Below are positions 7,860 through 14,546 of a stretch of 39,906 bases of DNA, in pieces (the stretch's first letter is position 1; the number at the start of each line of letters is the position of its first letter). Origin of the DNA: a virus. Taxonomy: Duplodnaviria > Caudoviricetes. Under the pieces are notes generated by a model. That model ran no database searches. It had not been told where the DNA came from and saw only the letters and a list, made by a program, of their open reading frames with translations. The stretch spans positions 1-39,906 of the IMG/VR virus record IMGVR_UViG_3300044580_000234, one strand, 5' to 3'. Both the position numbers and the translations under genes were made by a program.

Positions 7860-9215
7860 ATGAAGGTACAGAAAATCAATATCGAAAACTACAAAAACAT
7901 TGGAATCCTTGAGATTCAATGCGATGGCAAAAATTTCACCCTGAGAGGTAAAAATGGAGCTGGCAAAACTGCCGTTATAGAGGCTGTATTCAAGCTTCTC
8001 AGAGGCAAGGGAGCTGTTATATCCGATGCAGTGATGCACGGCCAGGAAGAGGCAAAAATCACTGTAGATATTGGTAATGAAAAGGTTGATCTGTCAGTGC
8101 AGGTTAAGATCAAAAAAGACGGTGACTACAGCATGAAAATGGCAACTGCAATGCCTAACGGTAAGCTCTCAAAATATACTGCCGGAGTAGTTGAGTTTGT
8201 AAAAGGGTTGTTTCATGAGCATAGCATTGATCCGTTAAAGTTCCGCAGTTTATCTGGCAGGGAGCAGGTCGCTACCTTGTTTAAACTCATGCCTGAGCTT
8301 GAAACAGAGTTTAAGCGAATTGATCAAGAAAAGCAATCAATACAACTGGCTCGATCTGTTTTAAAAGAAGAAGGTGAACGAGTGAAGTATGAACTCGAGG
8401 GTCTGGCTTTTACTGCAGGCTTGCCAGAAACCGAAGTCAATCCTGCTGAGTTGATGGAAGAGCTGAATAAGGCGAAAGAGCACAACGGGCAACTTGAAGA
8501 GCTTAAAGAAAAATTGGATCAAACTATAAGTTCTATCTCTGTTTACTCAGATAGAATAAGTTCTTGTCAGTCCAGAATTGACCGCATGAAAGCTCAGATT
8601 AGGCAGATTGAGGAGAGCATTGCAGAAGAGCAAAAAGAGATGGAACGGTACGAAAAAGAAAAAATTAGATCTGAAGAAACTAAAATCAATCTTGAAAAAG
8701 AAATCTCAGATTTTCAGGAAATCCCGGTGGCTCCCATCCAAGAAAAGATCAACAATCTTCAGGCGACAAATCAGAAGATTCGGGATAATCAGCGCCACAA
8801 AGAGTTGTCTGCCAGGATCGAAATGATCAGAGAAGCCTATTCAAAAGGCTTGGAAGATATGAGGGCCAAAGATGAGGAAAAGGTCAATCTGCTCAAGTCT
8901 GTTAAAATGCCGATCGAGGGTTTAACCATTGGCGATAATTGCTTGCTTTATCCAGATCCAAACACTGGTGAGCTGATTGACATTAACAACCTTTCGACAG
9001 GTCAATCAATTCCTGTCTGCGTTTCAATCCTTGCAGCATTCCTGCCAAAATCCAACGAAGGCGTGCGTGCTATGGCTGTCAATCTTAATGAGCTTGACGA
9101 AGATAATAGAGCTATTCTGATGAAGGCTGGAGAAGAAAACGACATCCAATTCATCATGCACGAAACCGTAGTTTCTTCCGACACAAACAGTGTCGAGGTG
9201 ATTATCACAGAATGA
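7860..9215 (+). CDS. SMC/Rad50-like coiled-coil ATPase
   Basis: Walker A GKNGAGKT, long coiled coil, LSTGQ signature. Confidence 0.8.
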   Translation: MKVQKINIENYKNIGILEIQCDGKNFTLRGKNGAGKTAVIEAVFKLLRGKGAVISDAVMHGQEEAKITVDIGNEKVDLSVQVKIKKDGDYSMKMATAMPNGKLSKYTAGVVEFVKGLFHEHSIDPLKFRSLSGREQVATLFKLMPELETEFKRIDQEKQSIQLARSVLKEEGERVKYELEGLAFTAGLPETEVNPAELMEELNKAKEHNGQLEELKEKLDQTISSISVYSDRISSCQSRIDRMKAQIRQIEESIAEEQKEMERYEKEKIRSEETKINLEKEISDFQEIPVAPIQEKINNLQATNQKIRDNQRHKELSARIEMIREAYSKGLEDMRAKDEEKVNLLKSVKMPIEGLTIGDNCLLYPDPNTGELIDINNLSTGQSIPVCVSILAAFLPKSNEGVRAMAVNLNELDEDNRAILMKAGEENDIQFIMHETVVSSDTNSVEVIITE

Positions 9216-9346
9216 CAGACACAGAACTACTAAACCTCTGCAAAGAGCGCCTGAAGGGTTATCCTGACGGCGCTCAGGCGGAGAAAATTAGAATTCAAAT
9301 TAAGAGGCTGGAGGATAGATGCAAAAAGGACCAAGCGAAAAAGTAA
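9212..9346 (+). CDS. Small hypothetical protein (44 aa)
   Basis: ATGA overlap with the upstream stop; MTDTELLNLCKERL…. Confidence 0.4.
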   Translation: MTDTELLNLCKERLKGYPDGAQAEKIRIQIKRLEDRCKKDQAKK

Positions 9347-9507
9347 TAAGGGTTTGCACTGGCTGCGATTATAAAATAATTAAACACAATTTCAAAACCT
9401 GTGTTCAGCCGAAAATAGTTGACAGGGTAATATTTACACCTAATGACGAAACTCCAGAATGGTGTCCGTATAATGATGTTGAGGTGTTAAATGGTAATCA
9501 AATTTGA
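9319..9507 (+). CDS. Small Cys-containing phage protein (CTGC…PEWCP)
   Basis: GGAGG RBS; motif typical of phage early genes. Confidence 0.55.
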   Translation: MQKGPSEKVIRVCTGCDYKIIKHNFKTCVQPKIVDRVIFTPNDETPEWCPYNDVEVLNGNQI

Positions 9508-9910
9508 GGTTCCATGTGTTCCGGTAGCACAACCAAGGCAAAGGCACTCTGTTGTAAATGGTCATGTGAGAAATTACATACCAAAAACAGATCCGGTATG
9601 GGTATTTAAAACGGCTTTGCAATTAGCAGCAAGCACGGTCAGGCCTGAAACAATCCTTTCAGGCCCCATCAGGATAATATTGGATTTCATTTTTCCAAGG
9701 ACTAAGTCAATGATTTGGAAAAATAAACCAATGATTAGAGTTCCAAAGGACACAAAGCCGGATATTGATAATTTGTGTAAATCAGTATTTGACGCACTCA
9801 ACGGGATTTTATTTATAGACGATAGCCAGATCTGGTCTTGTTGCGCAAGTAAATATTTTGCGTCCGGTAACGAACAACCCGGGGTGATAGTGACCATTGA
9901 AGAAATGTAA
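9491..9910 (+). CDS. rusA: RusA Holliday junction resolvase
   Basis: KPDIDNLCKSVFDALNGILFIDDSQI. Confidence 0.92.
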   Translation: MVIKFEVPCVPVAQPRQRHSVVNGHVRNYIPKTDPVWVFKTALQLAASTVRPETILSGPIRIILDFIFPRTKSMIWKNKPMIRVPKDTKPDIDNLCKSVFDALNGILFIDDSQIWSCCASKYFASGNEQPGVIVTIEEM

Positions 9911-9971
9911 TAGATAAAGAGAGGTGCATGTAAGCAATTAGTTGTCAGTTCATAAACCGATGGAGATATAG

Positions 9972-10304
9972 ATGAAAAAGCTGATTGATATTATTGAGGC
10001 TGTCAAAAACAATGAGAAGCCTGACTATGATGAGTTAAGGTATGCAGTATTGGCGCTATCCGCACTTAACACATTTGATTCAATGGCTATCGGTAAACTT
10101 GCAGAAGGTGAAAGAGAAAAGAAAAAGCCATTTTTGACCTATAGTGCTGAATGGCAGCTTAAAGAATCATTCAGAAGGAATAAAGCAGCATTTGGCAAAT
10201 CTCCTAAAGAGTGGTTAGGGTGGAATAATGATCCTGAGAATCCTGAGTATCAAAAATGTAGAAAAATTTCAATAAAAATTTTTGATAAATTTTTAAAGGA
10301 CTGA
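9972..10304 (+). CDS. Hypothetical phage protein
   Basis: GGAG RBS; ORF track. Confidence 0.65.
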   Translation: MKKLIDIIEAVKNNEKPDYDELRYAVLALSALNTFDSMAIGKLAEGEREKKKPFLTYSAEWQLKESFRRNKAAFGKSPKEWLGWNNDPENPEYQKCRKISIKIFDKFLKD

Positions 10305-10308
10305 ATAT

Positions 10309-10479
10309 ATGCCAGATAAAAAGCTGATTGATTTTGAGACGTTGTGTGAAATAATACACCTACAATGCGATCCTAATTGTGACGGCCTAATTAATCATTG
10401 TCCAATCTGGAACAGACTGCCGGATGCTAAAGACACGGAAAGGTTTAAGCAATCATGGTTGGAGTATGAAGGATACTAA
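10309..10479 (+). CDS. Small Cys-rich protein (56 aa, CPIWNRL)
   Basis: Read manually; AAGGA RBS. Confidence 0.5.
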   Translation: MPDKKLIDFETLCEIIHLQCDPNCDGLINHCPIWNRLPDAKDTERFKQSWLEYEGY

Positions 10480-10544
10480 CAATTAACTAGGGGGATGCGA
10501 TGTGTTAGTTTCGTTTTAAATGAAAATGTAATGGAGGAAATCTA

Positions 10545-10703
10545 ATGTTGCCAAATGATTATTGTCGCTGTGTCAATCCAGGTTGCGACAAAAAAGAAAG
10601 TTGTTTGCGGTACATCGAGCGCAACAACCGGAGTTTCAGGACTCCGAGTGTTGATCAGATGTGTATTAAAGAGAAAGCGTATTTTATCGAGGTTGATAAA
10701 TGA
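10545..10703 (+). CDS. Small Cys-rich protein (52 aa, CRC…CDKKESCLRY)
   Basis: GGAGG RBS; read manually. Confidence 0.55.
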   Translation: MLPNDYCRCVNPGCDKKESCLRYIERNNRSFRTPSVDQMCIKEKAYFIEVDK

Positions 10704-10837
10704 ATCCAAAACTATTGCCCACAATACTGATGATAATTGATTTCGGTGCAGCACTTCCATATTTCTGCTGCGGAGATTGGAAGCGGGGAATTTACTGGAT
10801 TGCTGCTGGAGTGTTAACTTGGAGCGTGACATGGTGA
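10700..10837 (+). CDS. Small two-TM phage protein (MNPKLLPTILMIIDFGAA…IYWIAAGVLTWSVTW)
   Basis: GAGG RBS; ATGA overlap; read manually. Confidence 0.55.
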   Translation: MNPKLLPTILMIIDFGAALPYFCCGDWKRGIYWIAAGVLTWSVTW

Positions 10838-10839
10838 GT

Positions 10840-10962
10840 ATGAAAAGAGTAAAGATGCTTTCCGACTCAGATATAATAGCAAGCGCAATCGGTATTGAGA
10901 TTGAGGAAAAATACTGCGAGATTGCAGTTGAACGATTAATGCAGGAGGTTTTGGCACTGTGA
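10840..10962 (+). pseudogene. Remnant C-terminus of an N6/N4 DNA methyltransferase
   Basis: AIGIEIEEKYCEIAVERLMQEVL is the usual MTase tail; no DPPY or FxGxG motif is present. Confidence 0.6.
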
Positions 10963-11582
10963 TCTCAACCGAGCTGTTAACTACCGAAGAAGTGGCCAAA
11001 ATATTCAAGCTGGCCGAAAAAACGGTGTATGAATGGGCCAGATTGGGGAAAATTCCCAGCGTAAAATTATTCACTGAAACACGATTCAGAAGGGAGGTGA
11101 TTGAAGATATATGCAAAAATGGATTGCACAAGACTGTGAGCGAGAACAATTTTCCAAAGCCGAGAGCGAAAGTGAAAAAACAGGAGAGAATTGTGGGTAA
11201 GCAAGATATTGCAGAAAAGGTTGAGGATTTTCTATTTGGTGTTGCAGATGCCTTCGATAACATTAAGCGTATAGGATCAGATACTGATGGTCCAGAAGGT
11301 GTTCCGGAGCCGAATATGGCATGCAAATTAAAAGCAAGTGAAATATGTAAGCAGATTTTCGAAGTCTATGAAAAAATGACTGATAGAATTGCACCGACTA
11401 AAGAGGGAGGTGTATTCATTGCTTTTGATTCTCCAAGCGGTAATAAAACACTTTTTATTGAGGTTTATAATGACCTTGAGGCTGGTTATCTTATCAACGA
11501 CAATGAAAATAAGAATATAATCGCATCAGATGATATAACAGATTTTAAATTCGATGATATTTTCCAGTTTATAAATGAATGA
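10959..11582 (+). CDS. Excisionase-type HTH (HTH_17) fused to an acidic C-terminal domain
   Basis: LLTTEEVAKIFKLAEKTVYEWARLGKIPSVK…RFRRE. Confidence 0.75.
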   Translation: MISTELLTTEEVAKIFKLAEKTVYEWARLGKIPSVKLFTETRFRREVIEDICKNGLHKTVSENNFPKPRAKVKKQERIVGKQDIAEKVEDFLFGVADAFDNIKRIGSDTDGPEGVPEPNMACKLKASEICKQIFEVYEKMTDRIAPTKEGGVFIAFDSPSGNKTLFIEVYNDLEAGYLINDNENKNIIASDDITDFKFDDIFQFINE

Positions 11583-11676
11583 CAGTAAAGCTCTCCAGAA
11601 GTATACTCCCTCCGATTATGCTGTAACCGATAATGTCATAATTACCTATTGGATGCCCCTTCCACCACTGCATTAA
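11575..11676 (+). pseudogene. 33-aa chimeric remnant ending in a DUF551-like motif
   Basis: MNDSKALQKYTPSDYAVTDNVIITYWMPLPPLH*. Confidence 0.4.
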
Positions 11677-11702
11677 TGCAATATATAGAGATTAAAAATA
11701 GA

Positions 11703-11769
11703 TTATAAAAAAAGTATTATTTTTATAAAAAATATGTTGCAAATTATAAAAATATGTGTTATATTATAA
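11703..11769 (+). promoter_or_regulatory. Strong promoter of the putative anti-CRISPR operon with phased operator boxes
   Basis: TTGCAA (11737-42), 17 nt, TG-n-TATATT (11760-65); AT-rich UP region; TTATAA at 11703, 11723, 11744, 11764. Confidence 0.7.
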
Positions 11770-11806
11770 GTGTAAGCAAAACAATCACCTAAACAAGGAG
11801 TCTGAT

Positions 11807-12451
11807 ATGGTAGATGCTTCTGGAAACAAGGTAACCCTTTTTGATGAATACGATTTCGACAAGCCATTGACCCATGAGTCAACTGATGATTTTGACGGAT
11901 TACTGAAAAGACTATCTGAATTGGAAGATGAGAACTATGGTGCAATGCTTTTTAAAGGGGTATTTGCACTTGAAGGTTTAGAGGGTCAAGATCTTGGCAA
12001 TGGTGGGCGGCAACATACCTATATTCCACGGAAAAATCTTATCGCTGATAGTTGGGACATAGACGAGGAAAGAGCAATAGAGCTAATTAAAAACGAATAT
12101 CCTGATGCAAATGAAGAACAGCTATGTGTTATAAAGAGGATTGCTATTAATGAGCAATCCATATGGGATATTGTAGAAGCTGAATACGATGGCGAAAATA
12201 TTCTTAGCGAATTAATGAGTGATGATTTAGGCGAAGTTGACTGGATGTTACAAGGCCTTCGTGGGCAAATAGCAGCTGATCAGGGATTTGATGCGATTAA
12301 AATGCGTGATGAACATGGTACGTCTTATCTAATACCTATCGGTAGTAAAGCTCTCTACTTGGGCCAGATAGAGAGCTGGGATGAGTATTATGCAATTGTG
12401 GATAGACTAAAGGGAACCAAAAACGTGAGTGAATTTGAAACTAAAGAGTAA
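11807..12451 (+). CDS. acrIF11: AcrIF11-like ADP-ribosyltransferase (putative anti-CRISPR)
   Basis: WMLQGLRGQIAADQGFDAIKMRDEHGTSYLIP matches the recalled AcrIF11 C-terminus WELQRLRG…GYTSVEMEDEHGTTWL; also LTHES ~ LFHGS and FKGVF ~ FGGLF; AAGGAG RBS; very acidic. Confidence 0.75.
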   Translation: MVDASGNKVTLFDEYDFDKPLTHESTDDFDGLLKRLSELEDENYGAMLFKGVFALEGLEGQDLGNGGRQHTYIPRKNLIADSWDIDEERAIELIKNEYPDANEEQLCVIKRIAINEQSIWDIVEAEYDGENILSELMSDDLGEVDWMLQGLRGQIAADQGFDAIKMRDEHGTSYLIPIGSKALYLGQIESWDEYYAIVDRLKGTKNVSEFETKE

Positions 12452-12479
12452 GCAAACAACAATCAACAAAGGAGTTATC

Positions 12480-13103
12480 ATGGATAAGAAATTGGCAAAT
12501 ATGTACATCTTCCCCGCAGCAGTAGGAGAAGAGAAAAAATCGGTGTCTTCTCTCGTAGTAGAGGGCGACACTGTCAGAATTAATCATGTAGGAGGTTGTG
12601 CACCTTGCTCTTCAAGATTGAATTTCTTCGTCTCCGAAATTGTGGAAATGTACGGAGTCGATGAGCTTCTTAACATGAGGAGAAATAGAAAGTATCCCTT
12701 CAGGGTTAAATGCCGTGAAGGAAAGTCGGGCTCACACGACTATTACATCGAGTATTATAAGGCCGTTGATGGAACTGATTATTACATTCCTATGCGGAGC
12801 GGAAGGCTACATATTTCAATGTACTGGAAGCTCAATCAACCCATAAAAATATGGGTAGGTGACTTTATTGAAATAGCGTACTATAACCAAAAGGACTGTG
12901 ATGAAGGTGTCGATATGGGAGAGGAATCTCTTAAAAAGTACCTTGAGTATACACTGGATAACACCAGCGTTGATGATGATGAATATGGGATTGTCAGAAA
13001 ACCTCTTCTGACAAAAGAAGATTTGGAGGGAGCGGTTGTTAAAGGCAGACCGCACAGGGTGATTAGGAGGGAAGAAACGGTAAAAGAGGGAGTTGAGAAT
13101 TAA
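12480..13103 (+). CDS. Unknown 207-aa protein within the anti-CRISPR operon
   Basis: AAGGAG RBS before ATG 12480; no family recognised. Confidence 0.75.
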   Translation: MDKKLANMYIFPAAVGEEKKSVSSLVVEGDTVRINHVGGCAPCSSRLNFFVSEIVEMYGVDELLNMRRNRKYPFRVKCREGKSGSHDYYIEYYKAVDGTDYYIPMRSGRLHISMYWKLNQPIKIWVGDFIEIAYYNQKDCDEGVDMGEESLKKYLEYTLDNTSVDDDEYGIVRKPLLTKEDLEGAVVKGRPHRVIRREETVKEGVEN

Positions 13104-13109
13104 CTAAAC

Positions 13110-13127
13110 CGCTCCCTGCGGGGAGCG
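13110..13127 (+). other. GC-rich intergenic hairpin without a U-tract
   Basis: CGCTCCC-TGCG-GGGAGCG. Confidence 0.7.
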
Positions 13128-13188
13128 TAACACTTAAAAATCAACAAGAGAGTGAAACTACTTCAAACCTTTTTAGAAAGGAAATAAA

Positions 13189-13743
13189 ATGAAACTATTA
13201 AATGCTCTTAGTCTTAATATGTATGATGCTGATTCTCTTTTTCCAGTTGCTGAGAAGATATCTATTGAGAAAGTAAAAGATCTTCTTTTTCCGGTTCATT
13301 GTGACAGTGGAGAATATAGTCTTTCACCACTGTCAAGAGCAAGACTTGAAAATAAACCAGAAATTACACAATTTAATAATTGTGAATCTTGTATCGGCCA
13401 TGCCGATACTGCAAATGTTTTATCTAATCTATTACAAAATGAAATCCCTTGCAATAGAGTTACAGTACAATTAAAACAAAATGAAAAATGTATTGTAGCT
13501 CAATATATAGGCCCAAGACTTCCTTCTGGAAGTCTAAGACTTCCAGAAGGTTCAAATATTGAATTCTTCCTTGTAAAAATGGAATCAAGAAAATCATTTG
13601 AAAAAATGATATCTTTACAAAAAGATATTTACGATTTGGCACATGCTATTGCAGGTTGGGGTGATTCTATTACAATAGATGATGTAAAAAAAGTTTTAGA
13701 AAAGCATTTTCCACATTATTTTTGTGAACATGCTTTTGATTAA
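13189..13743 (+). CDS. acrIII-1: AcrIII-1 / DUF1874 viral ring nuclease with an insertion and a C-terminal extension
   Basis: LLNALSLNM, SCIGHADTA (GH motif), NRVTVQL, AQYIGPRLP…LPEG…IEFF. Confidence 0.85.
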   Translation: MKLLNALSLNMYDADSLFPVAEKISIEKVKDLLFPVHCDSGEYSLSPLSRARLENKPEITQFNNCESCIGHADTANVLSNLLQNEIPCNRVTVQLKQNEKCIVAQYIGPRLPSGSLRLPEGSNIEFFLVKMESRKSFEKMISLQKDIYDLAHAIAGWGDSITIDDVKKVLEKHFPHYFCEHAFD

Positions 13744-13791
13744 GAAGAAAAGGGGCTTTCATAAACAATTTCTGATCTGAAAGGAGATAAA

Positions 13792-13950
13792 ATGCTAAAA
13801 GACACAAAAAAGTATGCGTACCCAATCGATCCGGTACGTAAAAAAAGGATCGATAAAATGTGCGTAAAGCACAATAAGAGTATCAAGCAAGTGCTTGACA
13901 AGGCACTTGATGATTATTTAGACAAACTCGAAAAAACCGATCCGGTATAG
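13792..13950 (+). CDS. Ribbon-helix-helix protein, candidate Aca regulator (52 aa, not in the ORF track)
   Basis: AAGGAG RBS; KKYAYPID strand, then RKKRIDKMCVKH and SIKQVLDKALDDYL helices. Confidence 0.7.
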   Translation: MLKDTKKYAYPIDPVRKKRIDKMCVKHNKSIKQVLDKALDDYLDKLEKTDPV

Positions 13951-13960
13951 GGGGGGGGTT

Positions 13961-14002
13961 AAAAAAGCCCATTCCTGAGTTACAGTGGGGCTTTTCAGGA
14001 AT
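13961..14002 (+). terminator. Probable terminator / structured 3' end of the acr operon
   Basis: AAAAGCCC…GGGCTTTT stem; overlapping alternative ATTCCTGA…TCAGGAAT. Confidence 0.5.
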
Positions 14003-14026
14003 AAACTTAAAACTTGGAGGTATTTC

Positions 14027-14125
14027 ATGAAAAAAGTTAAACTTATTCTGTCAAGCATTCTGTTTTACATTGGCTTTATGTTGATACATCTTTCTGGCAT
14101 AATGTGCAAAGGGGTGCAAGAATGA
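14027..14125 (+). CDS. Small membrane peptide (32 aa)
   Basis: GGAGG RBS; MKKVKLILSSILFYIGFMLIHLSGIM…. Confidence 0.45.
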   Translation: MKKVKLILSSILFYIGFMLIHLSGIMCKGVQE

Positions 14126-14418
14126 ATAAAATCATATTGTTAGGGGTTTTATTGCTGTCTAACTGTTGCTCTCGCTCTCCAGTAAAATTTCTGGTGAAAT
14201 TATCAGATACAGTAAGCAGTTCATCTGCTGCTGGGGCTGCCAAGTATATTTGTCAGGAAGCAGAAATTGCTGCTATTAATGGGGAGCGGGAAATTATTAA
14301 GCGGGTAGATCAGGAAGAAATTCAAAGGGTTATCGATGAACTACGGAGGATCGACAGAAGATTTAAAACAGAGATCAGGCAGGATAGTATTTACACTGAA
14401 TTGATTGTGAGGTGGTGA
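14122..14418 (+). CDS. Putative lipoprotein
   Basis: MNKIILLGVLLLSNCC signal; ATGA overlap. Confidence 0.55.
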   Translation: MNKIILLGVLLLSNCCSRSPVKFLVKLSDTVSSSSAAGAAKYICQEAEIAAINGEREIIKRVDQEEIQRVIDELRRIDRRFKTEIRQDSIYTELIVRW

Positions 14419-14546
14419 TGTATTATAAGCGATACACAGCCGGACTCGGCCAAAAAGCAAAAGAGTTGCCGCCTGAACATCGATGCTACACGGTAGCCGA
14501 GGTAGAACTTATAATCAGTCGGCTTTCGCTTGATATTCGGGCGAAA

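Noticed and set aside
10959-11582. Excisionase implying an integration module
   Set aside because: No integrase or att site is recognisable in the window, and the protein has a long extra domain.
13827-13947. CGATCCGGTA repeated twice in the RHH gene
   Set aside because: Only 10 bp, both copies encode DPV in frame, and there is no other sign of a target-site duplication.
14027-14418. Membrane peptide plus lipoprotein considered as a spanin pair
   Set aside because: They lie in the early arm, away from the lysis cassette, and the first ORF lacks a periplasmic coiled coil.
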